IMG/VR virus record: IMGVR_UViG_3300037307_000387
Coordinates: 1-57,136 of that record
DNA from: a virus
Lineage: Duplodnaviria > Caudoviricetes
Length of the DNA stretch: 57,136 nt
Strand: one strand, 5' to 3'
Part shown: positions 16,757-24,558 of the stretch, in pieces
How positions within the stretch are numbered: position 1 is the stretch's first letter
Layout: the number at the start of each line of letters is the position of its first letter
The notes under the pieces: model-generated
What the model saw: the letters and a program-made list of their open reading frames with translations, nothing else
Databases searched by the model: none
What the model was told of the DNA's origin: nothing
Program-made: the position numbers and the translations under genes

Positions 16757-17127
16757 TGACGCCAGACGAGGCGGCCAAGCTCGTTGAGAGGCACGCGGAG
16801 TGGCTCACGCAGTGGGCGCTCGCGGCCGACACCGACGTGCAGATGCGAGAGGAGCAGGCCACGGCCGAGGCCCTGCGTATCCTTCTCGTTGAGAGAGTAC
16901 GGCTGCGCGAGACCCGCGAGACCTCCGTGGGGCTTCTCGCAGAGCAGCGCGACGCTGCCGAGGCCCGGCTCCGCGAGGTCGAGGCTGAGCGGGACGCGCT
17001 GCTGGTCCAGCGGGACGTGAACTGCCAGTATCTCGATGGAGTAATTGCCGAGCGGGACGCGCTGCGAGAGGCGCTGCCAGAGATCATGGCGGTGCTACTC
17101 GATCCGACTCTGAACGAGATGCTCTGA
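16753..17127 (+). CDS. Coiled-coil hypothetical protein (EAERDAL family)
   Basis: GGAGG RBS; shares its N-terminus with 17983..18588. Confidence 0.7.
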   Translation: MMTPDEAAKLVERHAEWLTQWALAADTDVQMREEQATAEALRILLVERVRLRETRETSVGLLAEQRDAAEARLREVEAERDALLVQRDVNCQYLDGVIAERDALREALPEIMAVLLDPTLNEML

Positions 17128-17140
17128 AGGGGAGGGGGCC

Positions 17141-17404
17141 GTGGCAATAGTTCCCGATGACGTACATGACGGGTGCCAAAGCGAGCTGCGCGCGATGGAG
17201 GCCAAGCTCCGCGACACCGAGGCCGAGCGGGGCGCGCTGCGGGAGGCGCTAGCCGGTGCGGTCGAGGCACTCAAGGATTTTCGCGCCTACTACATCAGTG
17301 ATCACCGCCTTGGCGGAACAGAGCAGGCGAGCCCTGAAATTCGCCGTGCCGACGCTGCTCTTGCGAAGGCTCACGCTGCTCTGAAGGGAGGGGACCGTGG
17401 GTGA
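17141..17404 (+). CDS. Coiled-coil hypothetical protein
   Basis: GGAGGGG RBS; shares modules with the ORFs at 17983 and 18572. Confidence 0.7.
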   Translation: MAIVPDDVHDGCQSELRAMEAKLRDTEAERGALREALAGAVEALKDFRAYYISDHRLGGTEQASPEIRRADAALAKAHAALKGGDRG

Positions 17405-17990
17405 GTGCTGCTTCTGCACGCATCCGGCGCACGGTGCCGGCGGGTGTGACAACTGCCGTAAGGGGCGCGGCTGCAACAGGCCTCCCGGCGTCGCACGGGC
17501 GCTGGCTCTCCACGATCTCAAGGATCGCATCCTGCCGAGCCGTGACGAGACCGACCGGCTCACAGGCAAGCGGATCGCCCCGGAGCCTGCCGCTCCGAAG
17601 GGCCGTGGCAAGATGACCGCAGTGGACAGGTTCTGCATGTGGTGCCGGAAGCCGATGACCAGGGCACAGCGGATCGAGATGGGTTTCTCGGTGATGCACG
17701 GCCGGCAGGCGGTCTGCTCCGAGCGGTGCCGTCTGCTGTGGAACACGCAAGGGAGGTTGGGAATGAGAGAGGACGACAAGCCGACGTACGCGGAGCTGGC
17801 GAAAGAGTGCGATTGGGGACAGGTAGTGTCCAACGGCGGCCCGCCGTGTTTCTACGTCGAAACCGATGGCACCAAGTCGCGCTTCTGTCTCCGGGCAGAG
17901 CGATGGCGCGGACACACCGACAAGGATGCATGGCCAGAGCATCAATTCGTCTCGTTAGCCGACCTACTTTCCGAGGTGCAGCGTGGCTGA
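17397..17990 (+). CDS. Cys-rich multi-module hypothetical protein
   Basis: GGAGGGG RBS; several CxxC clusters; may be a fusion of two or three small genes. Confidence 0.55.
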   Translation: MGECCFCTHPAHGAGGCDNCRKGRGCNRPPGVARALALHDLKDRILPSRDETDRLTGKRIAPEPAAPKGRGKMTAVDRFCMWCRKPMTRAQRIEMGFSVMHGRQAVCSERCRLLWNTQGRLGMREDDKPTYAELAKECDWGQVVSNGGPPCFYVETDGTKSRFCLRAERWRGHTDKDAWPEHQFVSLADLLSEVQRG

Positions 17991-18588
17991 GATGACGCCA
18001 GACGAGGCGGCCAAGAGGGCGGGGGAAATCGCCGAGTGGTTTGATCGTCTACACGAGGAGCACCCGCTTGACGGGCGGGACGCAGACGCCGAAACCCTGC
18101 GCGTCCTTCTGGCCGAGCGGGAGCAGTACGGGCTACTCAAGGCAGCGGTCAACGCCGAAGCGTGTGACGACCCGGAGCACGGACCTGACTGCGCGTGCTC
18201 ATTCCACCGAATGCTGGAGGCGGCCGAGCAGCGCGCCGAGACGGCCGAGGCGCTGCTCCGCGAGGTCATGCGCGCAGGGCACAAGCCCGGCTGTGATGGA
18301 GAGGATTCCGACTCTTGCGCCTGTGGTTTCAAGCAGGCCGGCGGGTATGCGGTGCTGGAGGCCAAGCTCCGCGAAGTAGAGGCCGAGCGGGACGCGCTGA
18401 GGGAGGCGTTAGCGGGTGCGGAGCAACTAGCAACAACCGCTCGATGGGCCTATGACAAGCTGACATCTATCGAGCAATACGGAGAGCATCGGGACAATCC
18501 ATTGCCGGCTTTGTTGCGTGGTGCCCTTGCTGCATGGGATGAATCTCGCGCTGCTCTGGAGGGAGGGGACCGTGGCGGTAGTTCCTGA
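17983..18588 (+). CDS. Coiled-coil/Cys hypothetical protein
   Basis: GAGGTG RBS; mosaic of repeated modules. Confidence 0.7.
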   Translation: MAEMTPDEAAKRAGEIAEWFDRLHEEHPLDGRDADAETLRVLLAEREQYGLLKAAVNAEACDDPEHGPDCACSFHRMLEAAEQRAETAEALLREVMRAGHKPGCDGEDSDSCACGFKQAGGYAVLEAKLREVEAERDALREALAGAEQLATTARWAYDKLTSIEQYGEHRDNPLPALLRGALAAWDESRAALEGGDRGGSS

Positions 18589-19168
18589 TGATGTACACGA
18601 CAAGTGCACGGCATTGCTTGCGAAGGTCGAGGCCGAGCGGGACGCTCTGCGGGAGGGGGGCGACATGGAGATTGAAGACGAGGCCATGCTCTGGACGTGC
18701 GACGACGCGCCCGAGGGGCTGAGCCACAGCGACCCGGACGAGTGCATCGAGGACTACCTCGACAACTACTGCGACCCGCCGAAGTGGATCGATGGCAAGT
18801 GGACGCCGCTCCCACGCGAGGAGCAGGTGAAGCGGCTGCCCGAGCGGATCACCGTGTACGGATACAAGCGCGCGCCGCTCGTCGCCGACCACATCCTCGA
18901 CCCGGACACGATCCTTGAAAGGATCTACGAGGCGCTCGACGAGGAGCACAACGGCGGCGAAGAGCCCACCGAGCCGACCACCCGCGTGCAAGAGGCAGCC
19001 GCCGCCCTCTGCGCGGTGATCCGCGAGGAGTACGTCCCGTGGAATTGCGAGCGGGTGGCCACGCGCGAGATCGTCGTCGCTGAGTGGCTGGCGCAGCACC
19101 CCGACTTCTTCGACGACACGTGCTTCAACCGAGGTCGCTTCCGCCCCCCGAGCCATTCCGATGCCTAA
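18572..19168 (+). CDS. Acidic hypothetical protein
   Basis: GGAGGGG RBS; alternative start at 18665. Confidence 0.65.
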   Translation: MAVVPDDVHDKCTALLAKVEAERDALREGGDMEIEDEAMLWTCDDAPEGLSHSDPDECIEDYLDNYCDPPKWIDGKWTPLPREEQVKRLPERITVYGYKRAPLVADHILDPDTILERIYEALDEEHNGGEEPTEPTTRVQEAAAALCAVIREEYVPWNCERVATREIVVAEWLAQHPDFFDDTCFNRGRFRPPSHSDA

Positions 19169-19601
19169 GCGCTCGACGAAGAAGACGGACGAGCGCCAGC
19201 GCCGCGCCGCTGAGCGCTACGCCCGGGCGCGCGGCCTGATGCTCGAGCCAGCGCCCGGCGGCTCGTTCGCACCGATCGACTTCGTGCTGCGCGATCCGAA
19301 GACGCGCCGCCCGGAGGAGGTCATCGAAGTGAAGTGCCGCGACAACGGCTCGACCGCGTACCCGACGGTGTGGGCCGAGGAGCGGAAGGTCCGCGCGCTG
19401 ACGCACTGGTCGGGGATCTACGAGTGCCCCGGCCTCTTCGTCGTCGAGTGGGCCGACGGGGAGATGCGCGCGATGGACGTAGAAAGCGTGCGCCTGCTCT
19501 CGGGGCATCCGGTGAGGCGCGAGCGCGTGGGACGGGACGACGCGCTCGACAGCGACATGGTCTACCTCGTCCCGGTAGAGAGGATGGAACGCATTCCATG
19601 A
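19161..19601 (+). CDS. PD-(D/E)XK restriction-endonuclease-like protein
   Basis: APIDFVLRD...VIEVKCR...K...LFVVEWADG. Confidence 0.7.
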   Translation: MPKRSTKKTDERQRRAAERYARARGLMLEPAPGGSFAPIDFVLRDPKTRRPEEVIEVKCRDNGSTAYPTVWAEERKVRALTHWSGIYECPGLFVVEWADGEMRAMDVESVRLLSGHPVRRERVGRDDALDSDMVYLVPVERMERIP

Positions 19602-20104
19602 GCGAAGACAACTGGCCGAAGCGCGCGTGCCGCTCCTGCGGTGCCGAGGTCATCTGGACGCAGACGCAGAGAAGCGGGAAGCGGATGCCGGTCGATGCCG
19701 AGCCGGTCGGCGGCGGCAAGTTCATCCTCGAGCCCGGGAACGACGACGACACGCCGATCGCGATCTTCATCGGCCCGCGCGATCCGTACACCGGCCCGCG
19801 GTACGAGTCGCACTTCTCGACGTGCCCGAACGCGAGCCAGCATCGGCAGCGCGGCCTCACGGTGGTGGAGTGGCTCGTTGTCGTGGCGAGCGTCGGCCTG
19901 CTTGCGGCCGTCCTCTTGACGGCGCTGATGGGCGGCAACAGTCCTGCCGAGGAGGTCAAGCAGCAGCGCCTTCGCCTCATCTCCGAGGAGCGCGGCATCG
20001 AGGTGATGTGCGACACGGTCACGCACGACCTGATCTACGTCAGGGCCAGCCGCGACAGCAGGGGCGGGATCGGCATGGCCGTCGTGCCGGGAGGCTGCGA
20101 ATGA
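19598..20104 (+). CDS. Zinc-finger protein fused to a type IV pilin-like N-terminal motif
   Basis: CRSCGAEVIW...MPVDAEP...SHFSTCP, then QRG|LTVVEWLVVVASVGLLAAVLL. Confidence 0.7.
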   Translation: MSEDNWPKRACRSCGAEVIWTQTQRSGKRMPVDAEPVGGGKFILEPGNDDDTPIAIFIGPRDPYTGPRYESHFSTCPNASQHRQRGLTVVEWLVVVASVGLLAAVLLTALMGGNSPAEEVKQQRLRLISEERGIEVMCDTVTHDLIYVRASRDSRGGIGMAVVPGGCE

Positions 20105-20283
20105 CCGGCCCGATGCTACACGTCGTCGCCGTCTTCTGCCCGCAGTGCAAGCGCGGCCAGATCATGCGCGTCGACGATGCGCCCGCTACGCCGCAGCCCT
20201 GCTGGTGGTGCCGGCACAACGTCGTCGTCGGCCCGCGCCGGCCCCTTGACGCCCCCGGTAAGATAGCGGCTCGGGACCAATGA
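20101..20283 (+). CDS. Small zinc-finger protein
   Basis: ATGA overlap; GGAGG RBS; CPQC...CWWC. Confidence 0.6.
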   Translation: MTGPMLHVVAVFCPQCKRGQIMRVDDAPATPQPCWWCRHNVVVGPRRPLDAPGKIAARDQ

Positions 20284-20492
20284 TGAAGGCCACGACGATC
20301 TACGGAGACTACGGGCTCATGCGCGCAGAGGCGCTGGTGCTCATCGAATACCTCCGCGTGGTCGGTGAGCCGAAGACGGCGGCCTCGACCGAGCAGGTGC
20401 GCCGTGTCATCGAACGCGCGCAAAAGCTTCAGCGTCTCGGCTGGGAAGCGAACATGCTGGCAGCGGAGACGCAGGGGGGGAGATGGCATTGA
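20280..20492 (+). CDS. Hypothetical protein
   Basis: Overlaps both neighbours. Confidence 0.55.
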   Translation: MMKATTIYGDYGLMRAEALVLIEYLRVVGEPKTAASTEQVRRVIERAQKLQRLGWEANMLAAETQGGRWH

Positions 20493-20797
20493 GCTACCCA
20501 TCGACAACGACGAGCGATCCGACCTCCTACGGCGGCACGAGCGGCTGGTGCGACTCCTCCTCGGGGGGCACGGCCGTCGATACGGCCGGCTGGGTCGACT
20601 CCGAGGGTTACTGGTGGATCTATCGCCCGCAGGTCCACGAGCCGCCGCCCCCGCTCGCCTCGTGGACCTATCCCCCGCAGGTCGAGCCGCCGCCCCCGCT
20701 CGCCTCGGGAGCGCCGTCGTGGCGCAAGATCGTCGCGCCAGCCGAGCCCGACCTGTTTCCGCTGGACCGCGAGCGTCGCGTCCGGCGGCTCCGTTGA
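20483..20797 (+). CDS. Pro/Trp-rich low-complexity protein ending in an ERRVR motif
   Basis: GGGGAG RBS; internal duplication WxYxPQV(H)EPPPPLAS; C-terminus FPLDRERRVRRLR. Confidence 0.65.
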   Translation: MALSYPSTTTSDPTSYGGTSGWCDSSSGGTAVDTAGWVDSEGYWWIYRPQVHEPPPPLASWTYPPQVEPPPPLASGAPSWRKIVAPAEPDLFPLDRERRVRRLR

Positions 20798-21312
20798 CGG
20801 CGATCCCGAAACCGGCGCGGCGAGGCCCGAAGCCGCGCCGGCCGATCGCGCGCAGCCGCGGTTGGGGCCGGGCCGCCGCGCTCAAGGCGTGGCGCTCCGA
20901 GAAGAAGCTCGCCGACGACACGTTTGCCCTCTACATCCGCGTCCGCGATGGCAACCGCTGCCGCCTCTGCAGGTCGAACCTCTTCACGCAATGTGCGCAC
21001 CTCATCTCGCGCAGGTACGAGTCCTGCCGCATCGACGAGACGAACGCTTGGTGCCTCTGCCGGACCTGCCACAAGCGCTACACCGAGGATCCGCTCGGGT
21101 GGGACGGCCTGATGGAGACGACGTTCGGCGTCGTCGAGTGGGCGAAGCGGAAGCGCGACGCGCAGGTGCCGACGCGCATCGACTACTCGGCCGCCCGCAT
21201 CCCCCTCCTGCAGATGCTGCTGCGGGAGGTGAAGGCCCGAGGCGGAGCGGGCGGGCTGGAGGCGCAGGTCGAGAGGATAATCGAGCGACACGGCGCGTTT
21301 GGTTGTCTCTAG
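20794..21312 (+). CDS. NinG/Rap-like HNH recombination endonuclease
   Basis: ADDTFALYIRVRD..CRLC...QCAHLISR...DETNAWCLCRTCH; start uncertain. Confidence 0.8.
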   Translation: MTAIPKPARRGPKPRRPIARSRGWGRAAALKAWRSEKKLADDTFALYIRVRDGNRCRLCRSNLFTQCAHLISRRYESCRIDETNAWCLCRTCHKRYTEDPLGWDGLMETTFGVVEWAKRKRDAQVPTRIDYSAARIPLLQMLLREVKARGGAGGLEAQVERIIERHGAFGCL

Positions 21313-21340
21313 GCCCGAAAACTGAGGTCTAGGCCCGTCA

Positions 21341-21384
21341 CCAGAATCCATTCTAGGGACCGTTAACGGTCTTCTGGCGGGTCG
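21341..21384. repeat. Copy 2 (inverted) of the intergenic element, with perfect palindrome GACCGTTAACGGTC
   Basis: Palindrome at 21358-21371; 28 of 32 nt match to 3777-3808 on the opposite strand. Confidence 0.8.
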
Positions 21385-21400
21385 GATGCCCCACACGTGA

Positions 21401-21703
21401 GTGATCTATCACAAGGAGCCCCATCCAGTGCGCCAGAGCCAAAAGAGGGGGTGCGCGGAGTGCGGGTTGGTCAGGGTGTTTTCCCACCCCACCGGCCGCT
21501 TCTGCTCCGACCGCTGCCGTCTACGCGCGTGGGCGAAGCGGCAGGTGGGCGCGCCCCCCCCACACCGCAGGACCAAACCGAGGACGTGGGAGGTGGTCGA
21601 TCAGGCGGCGGTGCCGCGCGAGTACCTCGCCGTCGTCGCGAAGCGCATCGACCGCGCGCTCGCGTCGGGCGTCGATGTGCCCGGCGTGCGCCGCAAGGAG
21701 TGA
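21401..21703 (+). CDS. Zinc-finger protein with Gp157-like C-terminal motif
   Basis: CAEC...FCSDRCR; WEVVDQAAVPREYL...VPGV. Confidence 0.55.
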   Translation: MIYHKEPHPVRQSQKRGCAECGLVRVFSHPTGRFCSDRCRLRAWAKRQVGAPPPHRRTKPRTWEVVDQAAVPREYLAVVAKRIDRALASGVDVPGVRRKE

Positions 21704-21901
21704 TGGAGCAGCGGCGCGCCCGCCGCCGCGCAACCCGAGCCGGGAACCCAACGCGTTAGCCCCTTGACGTTGGACCGGCGAGGGAGCGGGCAGCCTCTTG
21801 ACCGACCCATGCTGCTCAGGCAGACTCAGGGCCGGGAGGAGGCGGGCCAACAGGGGCGAGCACGGTTGGCAGCCGGGTGATCGCCCCCCTCCCACCCCCT
21901 T

Positions 21902-22123
21902 CTACTTCCAGTTCACCTTGATCGTCGCGTCGAAGGCCAGCGTCCCGGTCCCGCCGCTGTTCGACTCGAGCAGCAGCCCCGCGTCGTCGCCGTCGGCGAG
22001 GCCGGTCGTCCCGCGCGTCGTCAGCGTGATGCCGAAGCGCGCCTTCGCCTGCCCGCCCGAGTTCATCGCCCACCACGCCGTCGCGTCCGGCGAGGGGCAG
22101 AAGACGCCATCGAGCGCCGTCAC
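21902..22123 (-). CDS. Last late-operon ORF; its signal-peptide-like 5' extension lacks an in-frame ATG
   Basis: In-frame upstream RRLAFTALAFALAAGASAQSTY, but the ATG run near 22200 is in another frame. Confidence 0.45.
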   Translation of the reverse strand: MTALDGVFCPSPDATAWWAMNSGGQAKARFGITLTTRGTTGLADGDDAGLLLESNSGGTGTLAFDATIKVNWK

Positions 22124-22146
22124 GGTGCGGTAGGTGCTCTGCGCCG

Positions 22147-22178
<32 letters not shown>

Positions 22179-22205
22179 GTGAACGCGAGCCGCCTCCCAT
22201 CATCA

Positions 22206-22454
22206 TCATCGCTTGGCTCCCTTCGGCGCGCCCTCCGTCACCGTCTCCGTCGGTGCCATGACGGGCGCGGCCGCAGGCACCATGAACGAGGTGACGTGCA
22301 CCTCGCGCTTCAACCCGTCCACGTCGAGCAGCGCGACGGGCACGTCGTTGCCCGTGACGAGGTAGACCGTCACGCGCGGCGTCGCGATGCGCGCCCCCGT
22401 CTCGTCGCGCACGTCGAGCACGCCGTTCTCGAAGCGGATCGACACCTTCTCCAT
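22206..22454 (-). CDS. Hypothetical protein
   Basis: AGGAGG RBS; MEKVSIRFENG... Confidence 0.7.
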   Translation of the reverse strand: MEKVSIRFENGVLDVRDETGARIATPRVTVYLVTGNDVPVALLDVDGLKREVHVTSFMVPAAAPVMAPTETVTEGAPKGAKR

Positions 22455-22462
22455 TTTCCCTC

Positions 22463-23512
22463 CTACGACAGCGGGACCACGATCGGGTCTTCGGAAACGA
22501 CGAGGTCCGTCTCGAAGACGGTCGGCAGCACGCGGCGCTCCGTCCACGAGTCCGACAGCCGGCCGTAGACGACGACCCCTTCGGTCGACATCGGGGCCAC
22601 GATCATCGGGTGCGCGCCCCCGCGCCCGCGCAGCACGATGCCGTCGCGAAGCTCGGCCGCCGCGGTGCTGGTCGCGCGGAAGGTGAGCCTGACGACGCGC
22701 AGCGGCGACGGTAGCAGGTTGTAGACGTTCGAGATCCCCCATCGGCTCTCGTTGCGGATCTGCTGCTCCTTGTACGCGAGCGAGTAGCCCGCCGCCATGT
22801 GCATCCCCGCGGCCGTCTCCAGCCAGCACGGCACGACCTCGCCGAACCACGGCGTCGCGCTGTTCGTCCCGGTCAGCAGGAGGCGGCCGTAGCGGTTCGC
22901 GATGCCGCCCGTGTCGATCATGTAGAAGCTCGGGCGCAGGATCGTGCCCGTCACCTCCAGCACGTTCGACCCGGAGAAGTTGTCGGTGCTGCTCCGAAGC
23001 TCGCACGTCAGGCCGGTGTCGAGGTTGTGGCCCGCGACGACGAGGGCATTCCAGCGCGGGTGATCGACGACGCTCGTCCCGTTCGTGATGACGATCTGGA
23101 GGCTCATCGTCGGCTGCTGGCACGCCGTCAAGCTCTCGATCTGGTAGTCGAGCGAGGTCGCCGTCGTCATGCACGTGGTCGAGCCCGTCTGCCACGCGCC
23201 GCCGCTCGTCAGGTACTTCAGCGTGGCGAGGTTGCGGACGGTGATCGAGGTCGTGCCCGTCGACGTGAGCCGCCGCCGCTCGCCCGCGCGGACGGTGATC
23301 GTCTTCGTCCCCGGCCCCGAGGGCGCGAAGGCCGTCAGGTCGAACGTGATCGAGGGGTTCGCCGCGTTGCTGCCCAGCAGCGTCGGGCGCGACGGGCGCG
23401 AGTCGTACAGGTTCGCCACCGGGAAGGACGATGCCGCCGACGGCGAGGTCGCAACCGCGTTCGCCCGGCCCAGCAGGTTCATGTGCTCGCCGGCTGCGAA
23501 GTAGTACGGCAT
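22463..23512 (-). CDS. Tail-tip (distal-tail-like) protein
   Basis: VANLYDSRPS, AGHNL; beta-rich; position in the tail module. Confidence 0.6.
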   Translation of the reverse strand: MPYYFAAGEHMNLLGRANAVATSPSAASSFPVANLYDSRPSRPTLLGSNAANPSITFDLTAFAPSGPGTKTITVRAGERRRLTSTGTTSITVRNLATLKYLTSGGAWQTGSTTCMTTATSLDYQIESLTACQQPTMSLQIVITNGTSVVDHPRWNALVVAGHNLDTGLTCELRSSTDNFSGSNVLEVTGTILRPSFYMIDTGGIANRYGRLLLTGTNSATPWFGEVVPCWLETAAGMHMAAGYSLAYKEQQIRNESRWGISNVYNLLPSPLRVVRLTFRATSTAAAELRDGIVLRGRGGAHPMIVAPMSTEGVVVYGRLSDSWTERRVLPTVFETDLVVSEDPIVVPLS

Positions 23513-24558
23513 CAGGGAGCCTCCGTTTGCGCGTCAGCCGCGAGGTCACTCGTCGCGTCGAGCGCCGCCGCGCCCTCGACGGTGGCTGGCCCGATGAACA
23601 GCCCGCCCGAGGACGCGCCAAGGGTAGCAGTCGCGGACGTGATCGTCAGCGTCGCGGTCGCGGTGACGCCAGCCGCGGCCCCGAGCAGCGCGTGGCCGAA
23701 GAAGAGACCGGCGAGCGTGTTCGTCCGCTCACCGAGAGCGTCGACCCTCGCCGTCAGCAGCGCCACCTGCGTCAGCAGCCACGACACCTGCTCGGTGAGG
23801 TCGTCGGCCGTCGCGAGCGCGAGGCTCTCCGTCGCCGCCACCCGCTCCTCCAGAACGACCGTGGTCGCCACGGCCGGCGGCGTGTACGACACATCCTCGC
23901 CGCCAGTCGCCGCGCGGTAGACGACGAGCAGCGCCGTCCAGTTGACCTCGTGCCCCAGTGTCCACGACGCGGTGTCGGTCGTCTCCTCCGTTGGGATACG
24001 CTCGATGAACGACCCGACGTGATTGGTCGCGCCGTGCTCCTCCTCGAAGAGGAGGTTGTACGGTGCGTCTTCGTAAATCGAGATGTCGCCGCCCTCGATC
24101 AGGCCGAGGACGCCGAGGAACAGCCCGCCGTTCGTTGGGCTCGTCACCGAGGTCGTGAAGGGCGAAGCGCCGTAGGTCGTGTAGCCACCGTAGCCGACCA
24201 CCGGGCTGGCGTTGTCGATCCCGCTGTACTCGGCCATGACCGCGAGCACGGTCTGATTGCCGGTGTTGAACTCGAGGTTGAGCGAGAGCGTCCCGCTGCC
24301 CGTGATCGGCACCGAGAACGCGGTCGAGTAGACCACGTCGCCGTCGGACTGCACGCCGTCCTTCGTCACGGTGCCGATGGTCGCGGTGCCGCCGGCCTGC
24401 GTGAGATCCTCGGCGAACGTCTCGCCGTCGAGGTCGGAAGCGTAGTTGCCGACGAGGAAGACGACGCGGTTGCCAGCGGTGACGGGCGCATCGAGCGTGA
24501 CGGTGAAGTCGGAGATGAGGCTCTGCTTGTGCGTCTTCATCTGCACGCGCTGGATCAC
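23512..24558 (-). CDS. Tail-associated/fibre-like protein
   Basis: Thr/Gly-rich beta domain followed by a coiled coil; coupled to neighbours. Confidence 0.55.
   Translation of the reverse strand: MIQRVQMKTHKQSLISDFTVTLDAPVTAGNRVVFLVGNYASDLDGETFAEDLTQAGGTATIGTVTKDGVQSDGDVVYSTAFSVPITGSGTLSLNLEFNTGNQTVLAVMAEYSGIDNASPVVGYGGYTTYGASPFTTSVTSPTNGGLFLGVLGLIEGGDISIYEDAPYNLLFEEEHGATNHVGSFIERIPTEETTDTASWTLGHEVNWTALLVVYRAATGGEDVSYTPPAVATTVVLEERVAATESLALATADDLTEQVSWLLTQVALLTARVDALGERTNTLAGLFFGHALLGAAAGVTATATLTITSATATLGASSGGLFIGPATVEGAAALDATSDLAADAQTEAP

Noticed and set aside
16755-18660. Repeats as a diversity-generating retroelement TR/VR pair
   Set aside because: Mismatches are not adenine-specific and no reverse transcriptase is present
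3777-21384. Inverted repeats as transposon ends or a proven invertible segment
   Set aside because: No transposase or site-specific recombinase found, and no target-site duplication seen
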